Assembly (NCBI GenBank): GCA_964016885.1
Contig: OZ024743.1
Location: 197,346,001 to 197,410,000 of the forward strand
Length of the DNA stretch: 64,000 nucleotides
Origin: Eledone cirrhosa
Lineage: Eukaryota
Direction: 5' to 3'
Below, in pieces: positions 38,601 to 50,836 of the stretch. Numbering within the stretch: the stretch's first letter is position 1; every line of letters starts with the position of its first letter. The notes beneath the pieces are model-generated. The model did not search any database, was not told the DNA's origin, and worked only from the letters and a program-made list of their open reading frames with translations. Made by a program: the position numbers and the translations under genes.

Positions 38601-39325
38601 GTCTATGGCATTTGAATTGATTTTATCCAGATAAGCCGTATGTCAATACGGAACGCTCCACTGCAGTGTTGTCATATAGGGACTGAAGAGCGACAGAGAG
38701 AGTAAAGCAGTTAAATTATAGAGAGGGGGAATGATCATGATCGATAGAGAGAGAAGAGCGACAGATAGAGTGAAGCTAGTGTTAAACCTTGAGCCTGAAG
38801 AGAGTAAAGCAGTTAAATTATAGAGAGGGGGAATAATCTATTGTAGAGAGAGGGAAGAGCGACGGAGAGAGTAAAGCTATAGTTGTTGTGTTGCTTAGGT
38901 TTCAAAGTTTGTGTCGCGATCCTTCAAAAGAAGTTTTGTCGTTGTTCTAAATTTTAATGGTGATAGAGTAGTAGACGGAGGCATTAACCTTTTAAAGAGA
39001 GTTGCAGAGGAGATTGAGGGGGGAGTAGAGGAAAGGATGAACCTTTTAAAGAGAGTTGCAACATGTATGTAGTTTCATATATTTTTATGGTAGTAGTGAG
39101 AGGGATGAAGCGTGTAAGAGAGAGGGTTACAGCATGTATTTAATTTTATCAATTTTTTTTCATAGAAGCAGGAAATTTTTGGCAAAAATAATTACGCGTT
39201 GACCTGCCCTGGTAAATTTGGAGCACATTGGGAAAAAAATCATCAAAATCGGTAGAGAAGTGTGGAAATGCATAAAAATCGTACACACACACAGACAGAC
39301 ATCTACCGTTTTATATATATAGAGA
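35680..39325 (-). mobile_element. Helitron, decayed, both termini present
   Basis: Minus 5' TCTCTATATATATAAAAC at 39325. 3' hairpin CCTGAGCAACGCCGGG followed by CTAG|T at 35680. RepHel fragments inside. Confidence 0.88.
35991..38630 (-). pseudogene. Helitron RepHel (Rep C-terminal part + Pif1 helicase) pseudogene
   Basis: ISAEIP..MIHGPC, FNAHINVE..KYVNKGSD, DAPGGTGKT, GRTAHS, WDECTM, CNGTR, SINKSQGQTL, FSHGQLYVA; many frameshifts. Confidence 0.92.
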
Positions 39326-39395
39326 TATATATATAGTGCAAATTTATACGGGAACAAAACAGAGAGGCAGACATATATATATAACATATATATAT

Positions 39396-39753
39396 GGAGG
39401 CACATGGCTGATGGAGGCACATGGCTTAGTGGTTAGAGCATTGGCCTTGCAATCGAAAGGTTGTGAGTTCAATTCTCAGACCGGGTGATGTGTTGTTTCC
39501 TTGAGCAAGACACTTTATTTCACATTGCTCCAGTTTGCTCAGCTGCAGAAATGAGATGATAGGAACTGGGATCCCTATCATTCCACTGCAAAGTGGTCGT
39601 GTCGGTGCCACGGAAAAAAAGCACCCAGCACTCACTGTAAATGAGGTTGGTGTTAGGAAGGGCATCCAGCTGTAGAAATCAAGCCAGAATCAGTTCCCGT
39701 CCCACCCTTGCAAGCAGGGAAAAACGGACGTAAAATGATGATGATGATGATGA
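39396..39753 (+). mobile_element. SINE S1 (head duplicated)
   Basis: ATGGAGGCACATGGCT twice, then the standard S1 body. Confidence 0.88.
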
Positions 39754-39984
39754 TATATATTATATATATAGAGTATTTACGTATTGAGAGAGAGAAAAGG
39801 AGGGATAGGTGATACATGTAGTTATTTGCCAAATAGCGTATGCAGAGGGTGCTCAATGCTAGTGTGGGCAGTATTAAATATTAGAAGTGTTAATATCTAG
39901 TGGGCAAGAGAATTAGCAGAGCGTAAGCACATGGAAAAATAAGAAATATGAGAACAGACCGTTACAACATGTTTATTTAAAACA

Positions 39985-40024
39985 GCACCTACGTACGTTT
40001 CGCCCGGATGGGCTTCTCAAGGGC
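39985..40024 (-). ncRNA. Minimal hammerhead with U3/A8 variant core
   Basis: GCCC-TTGAGAA-GCCC ATCC GGGC-GAAA-C GTAC G-TA|GG(T)GC. Confidence 0.7.
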
Positions 40025-40354
40025 ATAAATAACTAAAAAGTGTTCCATACATGGCCCCGAAAGTGTTTTTGGAGAAAAGTTTAGGTCATTCTTCGCAAAA
40101 AAGCTGGCTGGTGTTAGGGCAGTCTTTCCCGGACAAATTTTTTATCTGTTACAAGATGTGGTTACAACCTTACCATTGTCGATATGCACAGGGTCAGGTG
40201 TGCAACGTTTGTTTTGAGACATTTGTTTGCTGCACCTGTCCGCCTGGGTCATTTGAAGCCGGGTCTGGGATGCATGGTTAGTTTCCGGATGTTTTTTGCA
40301 GCGCCTGCTCGCCGGGGTGTTAAAGCTTGTTGCAGGGAGACCTGGTATACAGTT

Positions 40355-41442
40355 TCACTCCTCATCCTTATCCCATCTGAAGAAGGTTATTTTTAAGCGA
40401 TGTGTACAGCTTATTGTTGTTTCAGCTCTGCTGTTGAGCTCGTGGGGTGCCGTTATGATGTGGTAGAGCTCCATGAGGCAAAGATCACACTTCATCTTGA
40501 AGTTATACGGTGTAGCCCTGCCGACAATTTCCCAGTGCATGGAGAAGCTGATGTTTAAGTCTTTTAATGATGTGATGTAGTCCGCGAGCGAAGTGGAGTG
40601 TCTTAATTTTGTATTTGTGAAAGAGTGGAGATGTGTTCGAAATCTAATTTTGAACGGGCCAGAGGTAGCCCCTATATGTTTAACGTTATTGTGGCTAGTT
40701 ACAGTGCACCTATATATAACCATATCAGTCAAGCAGTATCCTCTAAGGGGGCAGCGTCCCCTGTCGCGGCAGTTGTAATTTCGGTTGCGGTCCCTTCTAC
40801 TTCCCACGGTAAGGCTATCATTATTGCTATCTCCGTTGTTACCTACGCTCCCACACCTGTCGTTAGCACCATTATAACCCACTGTGTGCGGGGTAGTACC
40901 ATTATTATTCTGCAGGTCATGTCCTGCATATTCCCCAGTCATGTCGCGGTTATGCTGGTTGCGTCTGTAGTGGCTGTTGCCAGCACTATTTGATGTTTCT
41001 AGGGAGTCGTTAAGGCTGATATAGTTATTGTCAGGTGTAGGTGCGTCTGTACTAAGGTGCTGTGTCTTGGTGATCTTGCTGTGATTAGTTGTTCCTATGA
41101 TGTCTGCTAGGTTAGGAGTAGTAGAGAAGGATATTTTTATATTGTTCCTATTAAGGATTTTTCTATACCTATGGTTGGGTGGGAAGTTCTTCTCTAAGGC
41201 TTCGAAGAATATCCGTGGTATGTTGGAGGCCACATTCCGGGAGTAGGGGGATGAAACCATGGAACGTTACGGTGGCGATTACGTTTCCTTGTACGTTTGC
41301 TACGGGTAGTGCCATCAGGGTGACCGTTGTTAAGCATGTTAATGCGCTGTAGCCCGTTACGTGCCCCTTTCACTTTATGCTCGGGTGCACTCTTCTTCCT
41401 TCTGCTATGTTTATGTACAGGAAGATGTTGGTTGGAAGGCAT
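40355..41442 (-). pseudogene. Penelope-like C-terminal region with GIY-YIG endonuclease
   Basis: WFHPPYS.NV, NFP.NH.Y.KI.NRN.IKISFS, NCR...CPL.G.C, VIY..HIG, R...H, CDLC..E, LN.R.E...C.H; frameshift near 41250. Confidence 0.85.
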
Positions 41443-41746
41443 TGGTAGAAGGCCGTCGCCTTTATTGATTTCATAGTAGGGGAATAATTTGAGTAGGCTA
41501 CAGTGGTCACTGTCATCGATCTTTATTGTGTGGTAAGTTACCTATACTATCGCCAGTGTAATTAACGTTGTGGCCGTGTTCCTTAGTGCGATTATCTATA
41601 CTATTACATCCGACTCCTTCGAAGTCGCCGCGTGATCCGTTATATTATATATATATATATAACATATATATATTTATATATATAAATATATAACATATAT
41701 ATATTATATATATATATATATATAATATATATAAATATATAACATA

Positions 41747-41838
<92 letters not shown>

Positions 41839-41839
41839 A

Positions 41840-41886
<47 letters not shown>

Positions 41887-41901
41887 ATATATATTATATA
41901 T

Positions 41902-42244
41902 GGAGGCACATGGCTTAGTGGTTAGAGCATTGGCCTTGCAATCGAAAGGTTGTGAGTTCAATTCTCAGACCGGGTGGTGTGTTGTTTCCTTGAGCAAGAC
42001 ACTTTATTTCACATTGCTCCAGTTTACTCAGCTGTAGAAATGAGATGCTAGGGACTGAGGTCCCTATCATTCCACTGCAAAGTGGTCGTGTAAGTGCCAC
42101 GGCAAAAAAGCACCCAGCACTCACTGTAAATGAGGTTGGTGTTAGGAAGGACATCCAGCTGTAGAAATCAAGCCAGTATCAGTTCCCGTCCCACCCTTGC
42201 AAGCAGGGAAAAGCGGACGTAAAATGAAATGATGATGAATGATG

Positions 42245-42245
<1 letters not shown>
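41902..42245 (+). mobile_element. SINE S1
   Basis: As 17795-18135. Confidence 0.88.
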
Positions 42246-42276
<31 letters not shown>

Positions 42277-42398
42277 ATAACATATATATATATATTATAT
42301 ATATATATATATAGTAATAATAATAAAATTGAAGACTAAAATCCAAAGAGGGCTCGATAAGGAAAATATATATCAAATATATAAGAACCGTAGAGCAA

Positions 42399-42575
42399 AT
42401 ATTTATTAAAATAACAGATTAAAGTTTAAGCAAAGAATCGCTGCTTTCACCCTTAACGGGATCTTCTGAAACTAACAAAGTCAATCTGATTGACTTTGTT
42501 AGTTTCAGAAGATCCCGTTAAGGGTGAAAGCAGCGATTCTTTGCTTAAACTTTAATCTGTTATTTTAATAAATAT
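42399..42575. repeat. 88-bp-arm palindrome (1-nt centre, 42487) with hammerhead-like motif in each arm
   Basis: AGTTT-CAGAAGA-T CCC GTTAA GGG T-GAAA-GCA..TGC-TT|AAACT at 42501-42551, and its mirror. Confidence 0.9.
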
Positions 42576-42907
42576 ATATATATATATATATAACATATAT
42601 TATATATATATATAACATATATATTATATATATATATATATAACACAAATACGTATATATATATATTTGATTTATTGATTTATTGATATTTTATCTGAGT
42701 GTCCCGAATCTTCCAGATCGTAATTTTTCGGTCGTATGGTTGATTTTAGACATGTTCTATGTGTGTCGATATTTTAACGATAGTTATAGCTCTGATTTAT
42801 CTGAATTATTGAGCCCTCTGCCGCTCATTTCGAATTTTGTTTATCGTGAACTCGTGCGCCGATTTTTCGATACTCGATTATTCTACTATATATATATATA
42901 TATAGAT

Positions 42908-43250
42908 GGAGGCACATGGCTTAGTGGTTAGAGCATTGGGCTTGCAATCGAAAGGTTGTGAGTTCAATTCTCGGACCGAGTGATGTGTTGTTTCCTTGAG
43001 CAAGATACTTTATTTCACATTGCTCCAGTTTACTCACCTGTAGAAATGAGATGATAGGACTGGGGTCCCTATCATTCCACTTTAAAGTGGACGTGTAGGC
43101 ACCACGGAAAAAAAGCACCCAGCACTCACTGTAAATGAGGTTGGTGTTAGGAAGGGCATCCAGCTGTAGAAATCAAGCCAGAATCAGTTCCCGTCCCACC
43201 CTTGCAAGCAGGGAAAAGCGGACGTAAAATGATGATGATGATGATGATGA
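42908..43250 (+). mobile_element. SINE S1
   Basis: As 17795-18135. Confidence 0.88.
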
Positions 43251-43385
43251 TATATAACATATATATATATATTATATATATAACATATATATATTATATA
43301 TATTATATATATATATAACATATATATATATTATATATATATAACATATATATATATATATAACATATATATATATATATATATA

Positions 43386-43748
43386 TCATCATCATCATCA
43401 TCATCGTTTAACGTTCATCTTCCACGCTTGCATGGGTTTGGACGGGAGTTTTCCCACTTGAGGCAAGAGTGGTTGTCTTGCTCGCATAGAACTGTCTGTC
43501 GGGTTTTCTACAGCTGGATGCCCTTCTTAACACCAACCACGTTTACAGTGTGGACTGGGAGGTTTTTACAGTGTTACCTACACGGCCACATTTGTTTTGG
43601 AGTGGATGTTGTGGTACCAACATAACTTTACATTGAAAGGGGTGGTGTGGATGGGGTAGGGGTAGTGGGACGGGGGTGTTTTTTGTTAGAGGTGCCTACT
43701 GACTGTAGTAGGTTTCACTTTGTACTTAGGTAAGGCGGGTCTTCTGTA
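43386..43748 (-). mobile_element. RTE subfamily B 3' end
   Basis: Reverse complement of 16430-16845. Confidence 0.85.
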
Positions 43749-44446
43749 TATATAACATAATTCCATGCAGTTTCCATCATCCAAATTTTCACAAATCCTT
43801 GGTTCAACAGAAGTAGAAATATGAAGGCACATGCCCAAGGTGTGAGGCACAGGGATTGAAGCTGGGTCCTTAAGACTGCAGACGAAACTCCCTCACAATT
43901 TGGCCATGCAAGAACATAATCAAAACACACTAACATATATACAGAACTTCTAGATAATATCCACCAGGAACTATAGGACTTCTAGAAATAAATGTTCTGA
44001 AATAGTCAAAACATCCTACGCAGAAGAAAACTTCACTGTCATTCCCCTAAAAATTACACATCAAATGGTACTATAGGATTTATTGTTAACTTTTGATTGC
44101 TTTCTTGCGTTAATATCACACAATGGAGGCAGCGGAGTAGCAGATTCATTAGTGTTGGATAGAATGTTTTACAATATTTATTTTGGCTATCTGTGCATGG
44201 CCTAGTAGCAAGAGTGTTGAACTTACGATCTTACGATCATAATGTCATGGGCTCAATTCCTGGGATGGATTGTGTGTTGTGTTCTTGAGAAAAATGTTGT
44301 CACATTGCTCCAATATACTCAGCTGAAAATAAGTACCAGCAATATCTGGGGGTTTAACCCTGCGATAGACTGGTGCCCTGTCCAGGGGGGGGGGGTCTTG
44401 TACTCTTAGTCACTTCATGACAGGAAACTGCTAGCCTTATGCTTAA

Positions 44447-44687
44447 CCCTTTAGCATTTACATTACTCTATATTTACAATTGTATTTTCGCAGTAAAGGC
44501 TTTATCTCACATAATATATCTCATAATATCAAATCTAAGAGATTTTGATATTATTTTGAGAACAATACCCTAACATCAGTATGAGTGGCTAGTTACAGTT
44601 GGTTTGAACAGAAAGAGGTACAGTTGGTTTGGACAGAAAGAGGTGAGAGAATTCTAGCCGGATACAGCCGGTTTCAATGCTAAAGGG
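44447..44687. mobile_element. TTAA-flanked (piggyBac-like) MITE
   Basis: TTAA|CCCTTTAGCATT...AATGCTAAAGGG|TTAA. Confidence 0.8.
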
Positions 44688-45415
44688 TTAAATTAAAAAC
44701 CATTATTAACACACAATTTTTGTTTTTAACTTAATATTAGCATCAACACAATGTCAAATAGTGGGTTTTAGGAATTTCTTGCAACACGTTCCCAGCAATA
44801 ACATTGCTTAATTCTTTCCAGAACTATCATTTAGGCCACACACTGTAAAATAATGTATCTCTGCTGTCGAAATATATAGAGATAAGAACTGCATGTGAGA
44901 GGTGTAAGCTGTTATTATCTGAACCCACTAATTAATATAGTCATAATGGGTAAGAGGTCTGTGGCTCAAGACCCAGAGTTGCTGTACCTTAACCAGAAAC
45001 AGCACACCAAGTACTATTCAACATCTCATTCCTGTGTAATAGTATTAAAATTATTATAATTCTCATTCTAAACAACTTTACCATAGTTTGCATTATTTAA
45101 ACAATACATTTTACCACAACAAAACAATATATATATATGTATTTCACACACATACGAACATATGCATAAACACATACATATTTTCACACACAATATATAT
45201 ATAAACACACACACACACATATATGTATATATATATATATATATATATAAATAAAATTTGTTGAAACTCAAAAGTTTTTATAAAGTGTCTAGAATCTAAA
45301 GAAAGTAAAAGATATTTGAGAGAAGGGAAATAGTAAAAAAAATATGTTCAGAATATATATGTATATATATATATATACACACACACAAACGTGTGTGTGT
45401 CTGTATATATATATT

Positions 45416-45455
<40 letters not shown>

Positions 45456-46727
45456 CATACACATACAATGTAAGAATAACAAGAATTTGAAAAAGTTCAA
45501 GAAATGAGAATGAAAGAGAGAATGAATACCATTAAAAGAATTGGTATTATTAATATAAAGAAGATAAAAAAAGCACAATAAGATTCCTTATTTTCATGTT
45601 TTTATGACTCTATTCAAAGCCTGGTGGTGATAGATCTTTTATGTAACTCTTCTACATTTTTTTTTATTATTATTTGATGTTTTCAAAATAGAGAAAGAAA
45701 TGACAGGAATTGGACAGATATGATAAATTTTAAGTTTCTTCTTCGTCTCCTCCTGTTGTTTTATTTATTTCAGTTTTACTTATCAATTTGTATATTTCAT
45801 CTTATATATATATATATATATTATCTATATATTCAAAACAACAAGTTTTGGTTTGAGGAGAGGACGGCAGGAGCCTAGTCTCAGGAACCTGTAAATGTCT
45901 TTCTATGTTCTTCCATCAAAGTGTAATAAAGCAAATATGAAGAAGTAAATAGTTTAAAGAAAGATGACAAAGAAAACAATAGACTACAAGAAACATTCAT
46001 ACATTTTTCTCATTATTTTTTTTTAAAGATGATTTTTAAAAAATATATATTTCGTTTTTGCTATAAAGAAACAGCAAGTGATCAGGAAGACATAATAACC
46101 GAAGTCTTGTAAAGGAAAGTAGAAAATAAAATTTCTCTTCTATATTTAAAATATATCACAGCAAACCATATTGTAGCCATTGTACTGTGCCCCTGGGTGA
46201 GGCACATAACTGTTAGTCTCAATCTGACTGGCTGACAATAGGTCACACTCATTTGAATTTCTTAGATCAGTGATGGGTAGTAAGAAAAGCATACAAGAGA
46301 ATATGCAAATATTAAAAACAGTAACCACACATCACACATATTGGCAAGAAGAAATACATGTAAACAGCAGAATGAAATCAATGAAACTTGCTTATTTAAA
46401 AAAAAAAAAAGAGAGAGAGCGATATTCCTTTAATGTGTGTTGCCCCAGTATGGCCACAGCCCCGTGAGTAAAACCAGTAAAATGTAAAAGAAAAGATAAA
46501 AACTGAGACTGCAGCAGGTGTAAAGCTACATATTCTTAAAGCTATATTTCCATTTCCTTTTACTTTCTTTAACTATTTATAAAGAAAATGATACCACATT
46601 CATTGCAATGTCCTTTATCAACAGCCATAATTTGCCTTTACTGAGAAATGATATGACATTATGATACCAAACTGCCTGAAACTGATCCTGATTCTAAGAT
46701 ACTAAGTTGTTTATTTTAAAGTGTTTA

Positions 46728-47330
46728 TCATCATCATCATCATCATTGTTTAACATACATTTTCCACACTAGCATGGGTTAGATGGGTTGTCCCATTAAA
46801 AACAAGTCAGGTCAGGTGACTTGTATCTTGCCCATATAAAACTGTTTCTGGCCAGGTTTCTAAGATTGGATGCCCTTCCTAACGCCAACCACATTTACAG
46901 TGTGTGCTGGGTGCCTTTTGTCATGACTCCTACACAACCTCTTTACAGTGAGGGCTGGGTACTTTTTGTTGTGACACCTACATGACCACTTTAAAGTGTG
47001 AGCTAGGTGCTCTTTGTCAGGACACCTACACAACCTCTTTAAAGTGTGGGCTGGGAGCTTTTTGTCGTGACACCCACACGATCACTTTACAGTGCGGGCT
47101 GGATGCTTTTTTGTTGTGATACCAACATAACTTTACAGTATAAGAGTGGTGTGAATAGAAGAGTGGACAGAAGTGGGTGGCTGGTTGTTAGGCATGAGGG
47201 GAGGGGTGTATAATGGTTAAAAAGTGCCTACTAGATGTATGTTTTAGTCTGTGCATATGGGAAGGCCTGTTTTCTGTATTACTACATAACACTTAAAATC
47301 TCGATCCTGTGTCCATGTCTTTGGGTGGTA
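46728..47330 (-). mobile_element. Older RTE 3' end with expanded ~48-bp tandem unit
   Basis: GGATGCCCTTCCTAAC motif followed by five full units plus a partial one, of the form CACTTTACAGTG.GGGCTGGG..CTTTTTG..GTGACACCTACAC. Confidence 0.8.
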
Positions 47331-47863
47331 ATCCTTCGAACTTAATTTTATATTAAAAAAAAATAAGTTATGCTCCAAACACCAGCTTAATAATGAGAAG
47401 GTTAGTTATATTAATAAATCTTTCCAAATTCTTGATTACTTTTAAAATGAATTGTCATACATGCTTAAATTCATGGCTGGTTTTGGTTTAATATGGATGT
47501 AGTTACATATATGCAGTGTATTATAAATATGGCCCTGAAAGAGTTAAATCACAACGTTATTTAAAAACCATAAGCTGTGTCGTATTAGAAATATGGTAAC
47601 AAAAGGGTTAAAACAATATTTATCTCCATAAAATAATTACAGTTAAACTGCTTTGACAGATTAGTTTTAACCCTTTAATTACCATATTTCTAATGAAATA
47701 CACTACTTATAGTTTTCAAATAATCAAGAATTTGAAGGGATCTATATAACTAACTTTGTCATTATTAAGCTGGCATTTGGAGCATAACTTAATGAAGGCA
47801 CTTACATGAGAATATGATGGAACGGTTTTGGATAAACACAAAATTTTGTTTTATAGAATTATG

Positions 47864-48750
47864 GCTTCTGCTACCTAGGTGACCGAATTAGCAGCGGAGG
47901 TGGGTGTTCAGAAAGTACAATAACTAGGGTAAGAACGGGATGGAAGAAGTTCAGGGAACTACTGCCACTGCTAGCTGCAAAAGGCTTCTCCCTCAAAATG
48001 AAAGGCAGACTGTATGATGCGTGTATCCGAACAGCAATGTTACATGGTAGTGAGACCTGGGCGCTGAAGGTGGAAGACTTACGTAGATTAGAAAGAAACG
48101 AAGCCTGCATGCTCCGATGGATGTGTAATAGTAATATACGCGAACGACAAAGCATAAATGAATTGAGAGAGAGACTGAGTATAAGAGGAATCAAATGCTG
48201 TGTGCAGGAGAGGCGGTTGCATTGTTATGGACATCTGATGCGTATGAAGGATGACAGCGGCATAAAAAGGTGCAGAGCACTAGAAGTCAATGGAAACCGC
48301 GGAATGGGGAGACCCAAAAAGACCTGAGATGAGGTGATAAAAGCCGACCTTACCCAATTACACCTCTCAAAGGCGATGACACACGACCGTGACCTCTGGC
48401 GTCACGCAGTAATACAGAGTACCCGACCTCCCATGGGTACAAGCTGAAGCATATAGACAATATGCCCCCACACCCTCCCACTGCAAGGTGGTCGTGGAGG
48501 TGCCACGGCAAAAAAGCACCCAGCCCACACTGTAAAATGGACGTGTAGGCGCCACGAAAAGCACCCAGCACTCACTGTAAATGAGGTTGGTGTTAGGAAG
48601 GGCATCCAGCTGTAGAAATCAAGCCAAAATCAGTTCCTGTATGAGCAAGGCATGGTCAGCCGACCAGACACTGCCCACAGCAGGACAACCCGTCTAACCC
48701 ATGCTAGCATGGAAGAACGGACGTAAAAAGATGATGATGATGATGATGAT
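47864..48750 (+). mobile_element. RTE subfamily A, 5'-truncated
   Basis: FCYLGDRISSGGGC..., ORF 47998-48327, 3' UTR and (GAT)n. Confidence 0.92.
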
Positions 48751-49084
48751 GGACAGTTTTACGTGGTTTGGTATAAAAATATAACAAAGTGGATTAAGCA
48801 AACTTATGTGGCTTGCTTGTGAACAATACATAAGGATTTGAACTCACAATCATAAAACAACTTAACCTTGCAGCTACAGTTACAAGAGTTAGTGAAGCAA
48901 TTTCAGATTGTTAGGGCAGATATATTTGCTTTGTGGGCTCTTAAGTAATTTTAATGTTTATTGTTTGCAGTTTCAAAATGATTGTCTACCTTACTATTTT
49001 CATGACTGTATTTCTAATGACAATCACTATTTCAATTAATCAATGAAGAATTTTGAAAGATTTACTGATATTATTAATTATTTC

Positions 49085-49300
49085 AGGTGGATTGGCAGTA
49101 TCAGTAGAGGGTCGGATGCCATGCTTTGCAGCATAGAGTTATGGCTCTTTATAATCTGAGTTCAAATCCCGCCAAAGTTAACTTTGCCTTTCACCTTACG
49201 GGGTCGATAAAATAAAGTACCAGTCATGCACTGGGGGTTGATTTAATCGACTTTGCCTCCCCCAAAATTGTTGGCCTTGTGCCTATATAAGAAAGCATTA
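49085..49300 (+). mobile_element. Full-length S2 SINE
   Basis: GGTGGATTGGCAGTATCAGTAG head, GAGTTCAAATCCC B box, Meta core. Confidence 0.78.
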
Positions 49301-50339
49301 TCAATTATTTCACAGCTAAGTTACCTACATAACATATGGTACTTAAATAAAGTTATATTGGAAGATTTTTAATATAAACAGGAACCCTTTAAAATAGCTG
49401 CTTTGGTTTAATAGAACGAGAGCCAGTTTAGGTTAGATTGGGAATCAAACGGGGTAACATGAATTGATTCTGCCAAATTCATAGGAGATAATGTATTCTA
49501 TGGCATTTAACCATTAGTTGAGGTTCCAAGTCTAATTGGCCCCTTATACTGACGATAAGGTATTGTTCTCAAAATAAATAATATCAAAATCTCAGATTCA
49601 ATATTATGCGAAATAATTATGTGAGATAAAGCCTTTACTGTGAGAATAAAATAGTATATATAGAGTAATATAAATACTAAAGAGTTAAAGAGAGTGTGAG
49701 GGAAAGTATGCAGTCTCCTGTCCCTCTCTGAGGTCAGTAGCTCTGATTAACTATTGACTTAGTGGTAACCCTCAAATTCAATCACAAGTACCACTGGTTG
49801 CCTTGAGACTATAGTAGAAGACACTTGCCTAGAATATCATTTACTGAGATAGAGCCCCAAAACCACATAATTGTGAAGCAAACATCTTTACATAGCCATG
49901 CCTACACCTGTATATTAAATATATCAGCAGACTTATATATTTTCAAGTATTTGATTTATAATATTATATACATGTGTATATAACATTGATTAGATAGAAA
50001 TATGTTAAAAGCTGAAAAAATAAAGCATTGTGAATCTCTGCTTAATCTAAAATATGAATCAAAGAAATTTGACATACACTACATCATGTTTGTTTTTTTC
50101 AACTAACATATGGTTATACATGGGTTAGGATCACCTTTAAAATCTCTCTTTTTTTCCGTTTTCTATTTCATTAATCTTAACTTGAAACAAATATTAGTAT
50201 TCCTAACACACAACAAACTTCAAATGATAAATAACAACTGTTAAGATGAGAGGGGGGGGGGGATAAAATATACAGATAAACATAACTGTTGCTTTGGGAA
50301 TAAAGTATAAAGATATCAGAACATTTTATTTATTTATTT

Positions 50340-50371
50340 GATGTATGTCTATATGTATATATATATGTATG

Positions 50372-50409
<38 letters not shown>

Positions 50410-50836
50410 TGCATGCATACGCATATATGCACACATATACACATATGTGTATCATTTTCATTTTCATTTCATTTTACGTCCGCTTTTTCCTTGCTTGCAA
50501 GGGTGGGACGGGAACTGATTATATATATATACGTTTATATTATACGTATATATATATATACGTTTATATTATATATGCACGTATATATATTATATATACA
50601 CACGTATATAAATATTATATATACACATGTATATATACATATTATATATACACATGTATATATACATATTATATATATATACATGTATATTTATATATAT
50701 ATTATATATATACATGTATATACATATATGTATATACATATATACATATACATGTATATACATATATACACATACATACATACATACATATATATATACA
50801 CATATATATATGTATATATATATATATATATATATA
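50340..50836. repeat. (TA)n/(CATA)n tract with S1 tail fragment (50450-50520)
   Basis: Directly visible. Confidence 0.85.

Larger units (their letters stand above)
39770..41640 (-). mobile_element. Second Naiad-type Penelope-like element, 5'-truncated
   Basis: GIY-YIG ORF remnant, 3' region with hammerhead, (TA)n flanks. Confidence 0.85.

Noticed and set aside
46890-47140. CRISPR-like array
   Set aside because: Contiguous degenerate tandem units without unique spacers, inside a LINE tail; eukaryotic context and no cas genes.
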